In this document: in pieces, positions 33,362 through 47,120 of the stretch
Numbering within the stretch: position 1 is the stretch's first letter
Layout: each line of letters opens with the position of its first letter
Assembly (NCBI RefSeq): GCF_009914755.1
Contig: NC_060937.1
Origin: the human T2T-CHM13v2.0 reference genome, Homo sapiens
Reading direction: 5' to 3' (one strand)
Length of the DNA stretch: 64,000 nt
Position numbers and translations under genes: made by a program
The notes under the pieces: model-generated
Told to the model about the DNA's origin: nothing
Databases searched by the model: none
The model's input: the letters and a program-made list of their open reading frames with translations, nothing else

Positions 33362-33677
33362 TCAGATAAAATAGATTGCAAGACAAAAACGATAAGAAGA
33401 GACAAAGAATGTCACTATATCATGATAAAGGGATCAGTTCAGCAAGAGGCTATAACAATTTTAAGTATATATTCATCCAACATATATAGCCAATATATAT
33501 ACTGAGACCCAATGGCTTCCCTGCTGAATTTTACCAAACATTTAAAGAAGAACGAATACCACTCCTGCTTTAACTGTTCCAAAAAGCAGAAGATGAAGGA
33601 ATACTTCCAAACTCATTCCACAAGGCCAGTATTACCCTGATATCAAAAGCAGACAAAGATGCGTCAAAAAAAGAAAC

Positions 33678-33978
33678 AGGCTGGGAGCAGTGGCTCCCAC
33701 CTGTAATCGCAGCACTTTGGGAGGCTGAGGCAGGTGGATTACCTGAAGTCAGGAGTTCAAGAGCAGCCTGGCCAATATGGTGAAACCCTGTCTCTACTAA
33801 AAATAGAAAAATTAGCTGGGCATGGTAGCAGGTGCCTGTCATCCCACCTACTCTGGAGGCTGGGGCATGAGAATCACTTGAACCTGGGAATGAAAGTTGC
33901 AGTGAGCCTAGATCATGCCACTGCACTCCAGCCTGGGTGACAGAGTGAGACTCTGTCTCAAAAAAAAAAAAAAAAAAA
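33678..33978 (+). mobile_element. Alu (S-type)
   Basis: Sense Alu with long A-tail. Confidence 0.9.
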
Positions 33979-36737
33979 GACAACAGGCCAATATATCTGA
34001 TGAATATTGATGCAAAAATCCTCAACAAGATACTAGAAAACTGAATGTAACAATACATTGGAAGGATCATTCATCATGACAAATGGGATTTATCCCTGGG
34101 ATGCAAGGATGGTTCAAAATATGCAAATCAACCAAAGTGATACATCATATCAACACAATAAAGGATAAAAGCTGTAAGATCATTTCAGTTAATGCTGAAA
34201 AAGTGCTGGATAAAATTCAACGTTTCTTCATGATAAACACTCTAAAAAAACTGGGTAAAGAAGTAACACACCTCAATATAATAAAAACCATATATGACAG
34301 ATCCCCAGTCAGTATCATACTGAGTGGGGAAAAATGGAAAAGCTTTCCTCTGAGATCTAGAACACAAGTAGGATGCCCACTTTCACCAGTGTTATTCAAC
34401 ATAGTACAGGAAGTCCTAGCTAGAGCAATCACAGAAGATAAAGAAATAAAGGGAATAAAAACAAATCCAAATTGGGAAGGAAGAAGTAAAATTATCCTTG
34501 TGTTTGCAGATGATATATTTTATTTGGAAAAAACTAAAGAGTCCACAAAAAAATATTAGAATTGATAAATTCAGTAAAGTTGCAGGATACGAAATCAACA
34601 TACAAAAATCAGTAGTATTTTTATATGCCAACAGTGGACCATCTGAAAAAGAGTTTTAAAAAGTGATCCTATTTACAATAGCCAGAAATAAAATTAAAAA
34701 TCTAAGAGGTAACCAAAGAAGTGAAAGATCTTTATAATGAAAACGATAAAACACTGATGAAAGAAATTGAAAAGGACACCACAAAATGGAAAGAGATTCC
34801 ATGTTCATGGATTGGAAGAATCAATGCTGTTCAAAAGACCATACTATCCAAAGCAATTTACAGATTCAATGCACTCCCTATCAAAATAGCAATGACATTC
34901 TTCACAGAAATAGAAAAAAAATCCTAAAATTTATATGGAGCCATAAAACACCCAGAATAGCAGCTATTCTAAGCACAAAGAACAAAGCTGGAGGAATCAC
35001 ATTACCTGACTTTAAATTATACTACAGAACTATAGTAACCAAAACAGCATGGCCCTTGCATAAACAGACACGTAGACCAATGGAAAAGCATAGAGAACCC
35101 AGAAACAAATCCACACGCCTACAGAGAACTCATTTTCAACAAATTTGCCAAGAACATACATTGAGGAAAAGGCAGTCCCTTCAACAAATGGTTCTGGGAA
35201 AACTGGATATCCACATGCAGAAAAATGCAGCTAGACCCCTACCTCTCACCTTATATAAAAATCCAATCAAAATGGATTACATACTTAAAGATAAGACCTC
35301 AAACTATAACAAGAAAACATTGGGAAGAATCTTCAGGACATTGGTCTGAGCAAAAATTTCTTGAGCAATACCCTACAAGTACAGGTAACCAAAGCAAAAA
35401 TGGACAGATGGGATCACATGAAGTTACAAAGGTTCTTCAAAGCAAAGGAAACAATTAACAAAGTGAAGAGACAGCCCACAGAATGGGAGAAAATATTTGC
35501 AAAATACCCATCTGACAAGGGATAAATAACCAGAATATATAAGGAGCTCCAACAACTCTATAGGAAAAAAATCTAATACTATGATTTTTTTAAATGAGCA
35601 TAAGATTTGAATAGACATTTCTCAAAAGGAAACATACAGATGGTAAACAGGCATGTGAAGAGGTGCTTAACATTGATCATTAGAGAAAACTACAGTGAGA
35701 TATCATCTCATCCCAGCTAACATGGCTTATATCCAAAAGTCAGGCAATAACAAATGCTGGCAAACATGTGGAGATAAGAGAACCCTCATACACTGTTCGT
35801 GGGACTGTAAATTAGTAGAACCGCTATGGGGAACAGTTTGGAGGTTCCTCAAAAAATCTAAAAGCCACCATATGATCCAGAAATCCCACTGCTGGGTATG
35901 TACCCACAAGAAAGGAAATCAGTAGATAGAGGAGATACCTGCATTCCCATGTTTGTTGCAGCACTGTTCATGAGAGCCAAGGTTTGGAAGCAACCTGTGT
36001 TCATCAACAGATGAATGGATAAAGAAAATATAGTACATATACACAAGAGAGTATTATTTAGCTATAAAAATGAATGAGATCCTGCCTTTTGCAACAACAT
36101 GGATGGAACTGGAGATCACTATGTTAACTGAAATAAGCCAGGCACGGAAAGACAAACACCACATGTTCTCACTTATTTGTGGGCTCTAAAAGGGTTAACA
36201 GTTGAACTCATAGACATGAGTAGAAGGATGGTCATCAGAGGCTGGGAATGGTAGTAGGAGGTTGGGGGTGGGGAGGTGGGGATGGTTAATAGGTACAAAA
36301 AAATAGAAAAAAATGAATAACACCTACTATTTGCTAGCACAACAGGGTGACTATAGTCAATAACAATTGTACATTTTAAAATGACTGAAAGTGTAATTGG
36401 ATTGTTTGTAACACAATGATAAATGCTTGAGGGGATAGATACCTCATCATCTATGATAAGGGTGGTTAATATGCATTTAATTATATGTCTTGCTATACTT
36501 AAATTGCCATATTGGTGTTTTAGTCATATATATGTGTCAAATGATGAATATAAATTTATTGTTTGAAAACTTCCCATGAATGTCATATTTTTCCCTTAGT
36601 CTACTCTAGAAAATGCATTTTAAATAATGTATGAAAGTAGAATTCTTAATGGGGATCAGTCAATAGTTGTGGTCTTTAAATATTTCTATCTCTTCTTGCA
36701 GGGAGATGAACTCATATTTTTCTGTTTTATATTACAG

Positions 36738-36857
36738 GAGACAGCATTATTTTTCTGATTTACTTAACATTTTAGATACTGCCGTTACTGTGATTATTCT
36801 GCTGGTTGATGTCGTTTACATTTTTTTTGACGTTAAGTTTCTTAAGGATATTCCCAG
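36738..36857 (+). pseudogene. TPTE2: TPTE2-like exon, voltage-sensor S3
   Basis: ttacag|G AGA CAG CAT ... CCC AG|gtatga; RQHYFSDLLNILDTAVTVIILLVDVVYIFFDVKFLKDIPR, also in ORF track 36667..36870; 120 nt. Confidence 0.95.
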
Positions 36858-37170
36858 GTATGAAATATAAGACTCACTTCTCTTAAAATTTTTCATTTAC
36901 TTTTTGCATTTTCTGTGGCTTTTATTCTGTATAATCTTTTCAACTTCAAATGGCTCATTTTATACCAAATATGTTGCTTTAAAATGAAATGTTTAGGTAA
37001 ATTCCCACATAGGTTGAAACTAAAAGATTGTGATATTTAGGGACCAGTGAAGAGTATACACACCAAGTACCATTCATTGAATAAAAAAGATGGAGTAGCC
37101 AAAGAAGGACTTTACTTGTACTAACTTTAACTTCACTACATTTTGAAGTTCTCGTCAAATTCCCATTTGT

Positions 37171-37203
37171 ATCATTTTTGGCCTTTTGGCTAAGATCAAG
37201 TGT
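37171..37203 (+). pseudogene. 3'-truncated U2 snRNA retrocopy (first about 33 nt)
   Basis: atcatttttggccttttggctaagatcaagtgt vs U2 5' end ATCGCTTCTCGGCCTTTTGGCTAAGATCAAGTGT; 24-nt exact core. Confidence 0.85.
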
Positions 37204-37383
37204 GACATTCTTATTAGTTTCATATGTGATACATAAAAAAATTTGATATTAAAAACAATTCCCCTCTGTGCTTCAACTACAGATCCCTTACACATAATGT
37301 TCTGTCTGGGTTTTTCCCACAGCCAAGAGGGAATTTATTTGAGCATATGCAAAATTTGAGTGACTTTAATCACGATTTTCTTT

Positions 37384-37622
37384 CTTTTTTTTTTTTTCTA
37401 GTTTGGTCTTTTTTTTTAAATTTTTTTTTATTATACTTTAAGTTTTAGCGTACATGTGCACATTGTGCAGGTTAGTTACATATGTATACATGCGCCATGC
37501 TGGTGCGCTGCACCCACTAACTCGTCATCTAGCATTAGGTATATCTCCCAGTGCTATCCCTCCCCCCTTCCCCCACCCCACCACAGTCCCCAGAGTGTGA
37601 TATTCCCCTTCCTGTGTCCATG
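37384..37622 (-). mobile_element. Young L1 (L1PA2-like) 3' end, about 0.2 kb
   Basis: L1 3'UTR with GAG diagnostic; TSD aatcacgattttcttt at 37368-37383 and 37623-37638. Confidence 0.92.
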
Positions 37623-37639
37623 AATCACGATTTTCTTTT

Positions 37640-37943
37640 CCTTTTTTTTTTTTTTCTTTTGAGATGGAGTCTCACTGTGTTGCCCAGGCTGGAGTTCAGT
37701 GGCATGATCTCGGGCTCACTGCAACTTCTGCCCCACCGGTTAAAGCGATTCTCCTGCCTCGGCCCCCCGAGTAGCTGGGATTACAGGCATGCACCCCCAT
37801 ACCTGGCTAATTTTTGTATTTTTAGTAGAGACGAGTTTCACCATGTTGGTCAGGCTGGTCTCTAACTCCTGACCTCAAGTGATCTGCCCACCTCGGCCTC
37901 CCAAAGTACTGGTATTACAAGCATGAGCCACCATGCCCAGCCT
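37640..37943 (-). mobile_element. Alu (Sx-like)
   Basis: Antisense Alu; distal TSD copy aatcatgatgttc at 37945. Confidence 0.9.
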
Positions 37944-38314
37944 CAATCATGATGTTCTAAGAAATAGAAAACAGAACAGAAAACTAGGAGATGACACGTA
38001 TAGCAACACAACAGTAGAGTTTTGCAGTATAGTTGTGGCAGAAACAAAGAAAGCTAAGGCAAAGTTAGAACTGTTAGGGATTAGGAAACTAAAGGGTGTA
38101 TGAGGACCTGGTGACTCTCTTTTTGTTCTTCTTTTCTACTGTGACAATGAGGAAAATGGAAGAGCAAACGTATACTGGGATGGAGATGTTTGTGGCTTCC
38201 TAAGCTTGTTCATGGGTCAAATACCGGGTTTCTTTCTGTACCCTAGCTTCCCTGGACTACAACTCAGGCACCAACTAAGCATGTTAAGTGATAGGCTTTT
38301 GGAGTTGTTTGAAA

Positions 38315-38480
38315 ATCACCTCAGCCAATGTGGTCCTCTGACTAGAAACCTCAGCATCACTTGAGAGCTTGCTAGAAATACAAGAAAAATACCTTAGGCC
38401 CCACCCTGGACCCACTGAATCAATATCTCTGGGATCCAACAATCTGTAGCTTAACACGCTTTTCCAGATGACTCTTCTTT
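38315..38480. mobile_element. MER5A (hAT-Charlie) DNA transposon
   Basis: tgtggtcc..cagcatcacttgagagcttgctagaaat..aggccccaccctggacccactgaatca. Confidence 0.75.
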
Positions 38481-38739
38481 AGTCCAGACCATCAGTTATC
38501 TGCTTTGATGTTTCTGACGGTAGGAGAGATACCAGCTAGCACACTTGGGAAGTATCTCAATCTGTTGCCTGCCTAATGTGCATTTGCAGCTGTAGTGAAC
38601 CTCTGTTACAGATGGGAGTAACAGAGGTGAACAAGAATCCTCAATTTGTTTTGATGTGGAAAAATTGAAAATGCTAGTCTCAAATCCCAAAATTAAATTT
38701 ACAAATTCTAAGACTCTATTGTTTCACTATTTCTCTAGA

Positions 38740-39003
38740 CCAGAATTTTTCAACCTCAGCATTACTAACATTTTGGGCCAGATCATTATTGTCATAGGAG
38801 GGTGGTGAGCAGTTATATTCATTGCAGGATGTTTAGCAGAATTCCTGGCTTCTATCCATTAGATGGAAGTAGCGCATGCATGCGCGCACACACAGGCACA
38901 CCAGTTGTGAAAACCAAAAATGCCTCAAGACACTGCCAAATATCCCCCATGTAGGTGATTGAGGAGAGGAGGGAAAATTGTCCCTGGTTAACAACTGCTG
39001 CTC
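38740..39003. mobile_element. MER20 (hAT-Charlie) DNA transposon
   Basis: tcaacctcagcattactaacattttgggccagat..ggatgtttagcag..ccagttgtgaaaaccaaaaatg..cactgccaaat. Confidence 0.8.
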
Positions 39004-39073
39004 TAAACTTAATTTATATTCATAAAATTGTCTGTTTCTGAAGCAAAAATTGATCTTTTAAGTTTATTTTTAG

Positions 39074-39173
39074 ATGGACACGTTTATTTCGACTTCTACG
39101 ACTTATCATTCTGATAAGAGTTTTTCGTCTGGCTCATCTAAAAAGACAACTTGGAAAGCTGATAAGAAGGCTG
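39074..39173 (+). pseudogene. TPTE2: TPTE2-like exon, voltage-sensor S4
   Basis: ttttag|A TGG ACA CGT ... AGG CTG|gtaagt; [33 protein letters not shown]; 100 nt. Confidence 0.95.
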
Positions 39174-39319
39174 GTAAGTGGGCAAAACATGCTTACGATT
39201 CAGAAAAATATTTTGTGTTTTGGGACCCATTGGCAAGGGTTGATATCTATACTGTATAATGTTCTTTATTTTTATGTTGATTTATGTTTCACCAACTAAT
39301 AATGGTTTTAAACTCTCAG

Positions 39320-39383
39320 GTTTCAGGAAACAAAAGGTGATACGAAAGTGATGGATTTGACCTAGACCTCACTTATATTACAG
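39320..39383 (+). pseudogene. TPTE2: TPTE2-like linker/PTP exon with premature stop (VSGNKR*YESDGFDLDLTYIT)
   Basis: ctctcag|GTT TCA GGA AAC AAA AGG TGA TAC ... ACA G|gtttgt; TGA at 39338-39340 replaces the second Arg of NKRRY. Confidence 0.95.
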
Positions 39384-40129
39384 GTTTGTGACACTTAACT
39401 GTTGATTTACTTACATTAACTTCACTTTTTCTTGTAATTATATTTTTATTTTGTTTTTGCCTCATCTAAGCCACATTCATTCAAAGTATTCTTTATTCGT
39501 GAGGCTATATGCTATGCCATTGTGATAGTGTGACATATTTGTGGTTTAGCCCTGGCAAGGAAGATTTCCATGTCATCTCAATTCAGGACTACTCGGTTGC
39601 AGCACAAAAACTTGAATGGATTTTCAGCTGACTCCATTTGAGTTTCAGTTTATTAAGTTCTAGTAGTTATCCTGAATCCCAAGGATCCCAGAGAGACCGC
39701 TTCTCTTCCTAGAACCCCAGAGAATGAGGTCACAGCTTTGTAGATCTCAGGTGTTCTGAGTCAGAGGGCTATAAAGCACGTTGGGAGTTCCCACCATCAC
39801 TGGTGCCCAGAACTCTTGGATTTTCTTTGGTATTTAAGATAAGAAATAAATTCCAAGAACAGGGGGAACTTCAGACTGAGGCCAACATAAGTACATGGCA
39901 TATGGTTTGAACCAGTGGAGTGTTAAGAACACCATGCCAGCTTAATGGTCATTATGTTGGATAATTTAATATGTTATCTTGATTACCCTGAGTATTAGCT
40001 CTTTTCTGTCAACCTTAATCTTAAAAGGTATTTTTCTGTGAAAATGGAGTCTGATCATATAAAATTAACTTTTGTATGTTATTTTAAATCTATAATAATG
40101 TTTGTAATAGTGATGATTTTGACTTCCAG

Positions 40130-40194
40130 AACGTATTGTCGCTATGTCATTTCCATCTTCGGGAGGCCAGTCTTTCTATCGGAATCCAATTAAG
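40130..40194 (+). pseudogene. TPTE2: TPTE2-like PTP exon [22 protein letters not shown]
   Basis: ttccag|AA CGT ATT GTC ... ATT AAG|gtaagg; 65 nt; PTEN-family IIAMxFP...YRN motif. Confidence 0.95.
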
Positions 40195-41303
40195 GTAAGG
40201 GTGTTTATCTTAAAAATACTAATTTCTCAGTGAATGTAGACTGTGTAGTCATAAGTTTAATATTGACCCAGAAATGTCAATGTTCTTTCCAAAAGGTACT
40301 CTTTCAAGTAAAACAATCATAATGGATTGATACCAGTTATAATTGTACCAGTGGTTACAAACCACCCCCAAACTTACTGGCTTATAACAGCAACTATTTA
40401 TTTGGCTCATGATACTATGGTTTGTGAATTTGAGATGGGCTTAACTGTTCAATTCTGTGCTCACAGAGAGGATTGCTTCTCTCAACTGAGTTCATTCATG
40501 CATCTGTGGGCAGCTACTGAGTCATCTGAGGACTGGCTAGTCTAAAATGACTTGGCTGTCCTCAGCTGACAGAGCCACTGCGTGCTCCATGCACCCCTCA
40601 AGGCCCATCCCATCTGGCATCCACTGCTGCCAACAGCTCCACCCCCTTGACCAGCAGAGCTGCCATATGCTGCATGCACTTCTAAGACCCTGAGGACTGG
40701 CCTGCCTGGTGCCCACCCTGCTGGTGGCGCCACCCCACCACTAGCAAAGCCACTGCACCTAGCATGCATACCTCTAGGGCCTTGGAACGAATCCGACTGA
40801 TGGCTCCCACCCCAAGAAAAGCCATACCACTGTCTCCACAAACACTCACCATCTAGGCCACTGAGGCACTCAGAGACACCTCTAAATGCTGATTACAGCC
40901 AAAGAAGTCACATGAAGACTGTATTACCGCACCCACCTAGAACCAAAGTCAAATCGCCCTACTCCATAATGAACACTAGGAGACAACTATTGGAAAAAAT
41001 ATTTCTCTATGAAAGCTCCATAACATTGGAAGAGGCACCTGTTCCACCAGATGTGCAAAAATCAATTCAGGGCCACAAGAAACATAAAAAGCAAGGAAAC
41101 ATTACATCCCCAAAGAAACACAATAATCCCCCATTAACAGACCCTAAATTTTAAGAGTATATCAAATGGCTAAGAAGGAATTTGAAATAAGGATCTTGAG
41201 GAAACTCTGTGAGATACAAGAGAATACAGATAGACAAATCAATGAAATTAGAAAAACAATTTATCATCTTATGAGAAATTCAACAAAGATATAGATGTCA
41301 TTA

Positions 41304-41734
<431 letters not shown>

Positions 41735-41831
41735 TCAGAAGCTCAAAGGTTCTCATATAGAATCAACTCAAGATGGTCTTCTCTGAGGTGCATGATAGTC
41801 ACACTTTCAAATGTCAAAAAGAGGGAATATT

Positions 41832-42162
<331 letters not shown>

Positions 42163-43547
42163 TCACATGTAAGGGAAACTCCTTTAGGTTAACAGTGGAT
42201 TTTCCAGTGGAAACTTTACAGGTCAGTAGACAATGGGATGTTACAGTCAAAGTACTGAAAGGAAAAAAATACAAAAAAACTATAAACTAAGAATGCTATA
42301 CCCAGCAGAGCTATCCTCTAGAAATGAGGGAGAAATAAAATATTTCCCAGACAAGCAAAACCTGAGGGAATTCATCACCAGTAGACTGGCCTTACAAGGA
42401 ATGCTTAAGGGGGATTCTACAAATGAAAGCAAGAGGATGGCTACCATCATGAAAAACATCAAACTATAAAACTCACTGGTAGAGCAGATACATAAGAAAG
42501 AGAGAGAAATCAAACTTTATCTCTACAGAAATCCACCAAACCATAAAGATTAGAAAAAAAAAAAAACAAAGGAAGAAAAGAACAAAGGATATACAAAACA
42601 ACCAAAAAAAAAAAAAAAAGAATAAAATGACAGGATAAATCCTCATCTATTAATAGTAACCTTGAATGTAAACAGATCAAATTCCCAATTAAAAGATACA
42701 GAGTTGGTTGCCAAGATAAACAAACAAACAAAAAACCCAACTACATACTGCCTATAAGAAACTAACTTCACTTGTAAAGGTACACGCAGACTGCAAGTGA
42801 AGGGATAGAAAAAGATACTCCAGGCAAACAGAAACCAAAAGTGGGCAGGAGTAGCCATACTTATATCAGATAAAACAGACTTTAAGTCAAACTGCATGAG
42901 GAGACAAAGACAGATATTTTATAATGATGAAAGGATCAACTTAGCAATAGGATATAATAATTGCAGACATATATGTACCCAACACTAGAGCACTCAGATA
43001 AACAAGGCAAATATTAGATCTAAAGGGAAAGACAGCCTCCAGTCTAGTAACAGTTGGGGTCTTTAACACCCCGTAACACCCTACTCGTAGCACTGGACAG
43101 ATCATCTAGTCAGAAAATCAACAAAGAAATGTCAGATTTCAGCTTACAGAGAGGAATAAGTTTTAGTATTCTATAGCACTGGAGGGTGACTACAGTTAAC
43201 AATTTATTGTATATTTTTAAAAAGAAAGGCTCTTGAGTGTTCCCACCACAAAGAATGATAAATATTTGAGGTGATGGACATGCTGATTATCCTGATTTGA
43301 TCATTGCACATTGTACACAGGTATTGAGATATCACCCTCTACCTTATAAATATGAACAACTATTATGTGTCAGTTCAAATTGTTTTAAAGAATAAAAAAA
43401 CAGTTTTTTTTTAAATCAAAGAAAAGAAAATAACATGGCTTGGCTGAATGGTCCCATGTGGTCTCTCATTCTCTAGTAGGCTACTTCAGGCCTGTTCACA
43501 TGATGGCAGTGGCAAGAGTACCAGGAGCAGCAAGCAAAACAATGTAA

Positions 43548-44009
<462 letters not shown>

Positions 44010-44409
44010 GAGATCCTCAATTATAGTGGCAGCATACTGCTTTAGGCTCCATGGATGACTAAACTAATTTCAAACATATAATGCTGTTTACTGTGAAATG
44101 CCAACTGAAAGTCATTGTTTAATTTTATGTAATTTACAATACTTACTATACCTCAATAAAACTATAATTATTAAGGGCTGGCATCGGTTGCTGAGAGGTG
44201 GAAGGAGTACCTCTCTGCAGCGTGTTAGCTCAGGTTCAAACAGGACAGGGCCTCAATTTCAGCAGCTTTTCAGAAAATGGCCTGGATCCCCAGCCTGAAT
44301 CATCATCCCATGGCTGGAGAATGTGGACAGGTTATTTAATTAAGAAACTAATGATAAACCAAGGGCTATGGGAATTAAGAACTATGGCTAAAAAAGAAAT
44401 GTTTAGAGT

Positions 44410-47120
44410 GATGCAGAATGGCCGATTAAAAGCAGCTGCACTCCCCAGCACTCAAGGAGAGGAATGAAAAGGGGCAGGTGAATTCAGCACCTTCAACTGA
44501 GATACCCAGGTTCTCCCATTGGGACTGACTGGAAGAACAGCTCGCCCCATGGAGAATGAAGAAAAGTGGAGAGAGGGTGTGATGGCCCAGCTGAGAGCAG
44601 CGTGGAGCCAAAGGAACCCCCACTCCCAGCCAAGGGAAGCAGTGAGTGATTGTCCAATCCTGCTCAGGAAACAGTGCTTCTCCTATTGATCTTTGCAACC
44701 CATGGATCAGGGGATCCCCTTGTAAGCCCATGCCACCAGGGCCTTGTGTCTGATACACAGAGCTGTGGAGTCTCAGCAGATCAGCTGCTCAGGCACACAC
44801 AGAAACCCAGACGTTTTACGTACTCTGGCCCCGAGATCCTCAGCAAGGTGGGAAATCTGTCCATACATATTTTGGAAAGGGGCTGAATCCAGGGAGCCAA
44901 GCAGTGTCACTCTGTGGGCTCCATTTCCACGGTACCTCACAAGTTAAGACCCATTGGCTTGGAATCCTAGCCAACCAAGAGCAACAGGTTGGATTCCACC
45001 TCAGATGGGTCTGAGTTCCCCGGGAGGTGGAGAGGGGCAGCCAGCATCACTGCAGTTTGTAGACTCAGCCACTCCTGCCTGCCAGCTATGGAAAATACAG
45101 GTGGTCAGGAGGAGGAAGTGTTCCCTGCAACGCAGCACACCTGGTCTACCAAAAAGCAGCGAGACTGCTTCTTTGGATGGGTCCCTGATCCCATGTCTCC
45201 TGACTGGGTAAGAACTCCCCCATGGGGGTCTCCAGCCACTTCCTACAGGTGTATGTAGACTTGCTACAGGTCAGTATCCCCCTGGGATGGAGCTTCCAAA
45301 GGAAGGAGCTGGCTGCCATCTTTGCTATTTCACAGCCTTCACTGGTAATACCTCCAGGTAGACGGGAGAAAGTCAGGCGACTGGGGTCTTGAATGGACCA
45401 CCAGCAAATTGCAGAAGCACTATGGTAGAGTGGCCTGTTAAAGGAAAAACAAACACAGAGAAAACAACAACTGCTCAAAGAAATCAGAGAAGACACACAC
45501 AAAAAATGGAAAAACATCCCGTGCTCATGGATGGGAAGAGTCAATATCATGAAAATGGCCATATTGCCCAAAGCAATTTATGGATGCAATGCTATTCCCA
45601 TTAAACTGCTATTGAAATTCTTCACAGAATTAAAAAAAAACTATCTTAAAATTCATATAGAACAATAAAAGAGCCCAAATACTCAAGACAATCCCAAGCA
45701 AAAAGAACAAAGCAGGAGTCATCCCGCTACCCGACTTCAAACTATACTATACTACAGGGCTACAGTAACCAAAACAGCATGGCACTAGTACAAGAACAGA
45801 TGTATAGACCAATGGAACAGAATAGAAAACTCAGAAATAAGACCTCACACCAACAACCATTTGATCTTTAACAAACTTGACAAAAACAAGCAATGGGAAA
45901 AGGACTCCCTATTTAATAAATGGTGCTGGAGTGCTGGCTAGCCATATATAGAAAATTGAAACTGGACTTCTTCCTTACACCATATCCAAAAATTAACTCT
46001 AGATGGATTAAAAACTTAAATGTAAATCCCCAAAGTATAAAAACTCTAGAAGAAAATCTAGGCCATACCATTCAGAAAATAGGCATGGGCAAAGATTTCA
46101 TGATCGAAATGCTAAAAGCAATTGCAACAAATGCAAAAATTGACAAATGGGATGTAATTAAACTAAAGAGCTACAGAATGGGAGAAAATTTGTACAATCT
46201 ATCCGCCCGACAAAGGTCTGATATTCAGATTCTACGAGGAACTTAATGAAATTTACAAGAAAAAAACACACAACCCTGTTAAAAAGTGGGCAAAGGACAT
46301 GAACAGACACTTCTCAAAAGAAGACATACATGCAGTCAACAAAAATACGAAAAAAAAAAGCTCAACATCACCGACCACTAAAGAAATGCAAACAAAACCA
46401 CAATGAGATACCACCTCACGCCAGTCAGAATGGCTATTATTAAAAAGTCCAAAAATAACATGCTGGCAAGGTTGCAGAGAAAAAGGAATGCTTTTTACAC
46501 GGTTAGTGGGTGTGTAAATTAGTTCAACCATGTAGAAGACGGTGTGGCAATTCCTCAAAGACGTAGAGGCAGAAATAGCATTTGACCCAGCAATCCCATT
46601 ACCAAGTATAGACCCAAAGGAATATAAATCACTGTCTTACAAAGATACATGCACGTGCATGTTCACTGCAGCAGTATTCACAATAGCAAAGACATGCAAT
46701 CAACTTAAATGCCCATCAATGATAGATCAGATAAAGAAAACGTGGTACATAAACACCATGGAATACTGTGCAGCCATAAAAATGAAGAAGATAACATCCT
46801 TTGCAGAGACATGGATGGAACTGGAAGCTGTTATCCTCAGCAAACTAACACAGGAGCTGAAAACCAAACACTGCATGTTCTCACTCATAAATGGGAGCTG
46901 AATAATGAGAACACATGGACACATGGTGGGGAACAATGCACACTGGGGCCTGTCAGGAAGGAGGGGTTGGGAGAGGGAGAGCCTCAGGAAGAATAGCTAA
47001 TGGATGCTGGGCTTAATACATAGGGATGAGATGTCTGTGTAGCAAACCACCATGGCACAGGTTTACCTATGTAACAAACCTGCATATCCTGCACATGTAC
47101 CCCTGAACCTAAAATAAATA
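44410..47120 (+). mobile_element. L1PA (older, L1P3/P4-type) with 5'UTR fused to the ORF2 C-terminus and 3'UTR
   Basis: 5'UTR ggtgaattcagcaccttcaactgagatacccagg; jump near 45470 to ctgctcaaagaaatcagagaagac; ends cctgaacctaaaataaa. Confidence 0.85.

Noticed and set aside
34083-35458. Reverse-transcriptase-like ORFs
   Set aside because: Decayed ORF2 of an old L1 with stops and frameshifts.
39074-39259. ORF-track peptide [10 protein letters not shown]...
   Set aside because: Alternative frame of the S4 exon; its ATG comes from A|TGG at the exon start.
39338-39346. TGA as selenocysteine or programmed readthrough
   Set aside because: Context TGA TAC is not the TGA CTAG readthrough motif, the homologous residue is Arg, and CGA>TGA is ordinary CpG decay.
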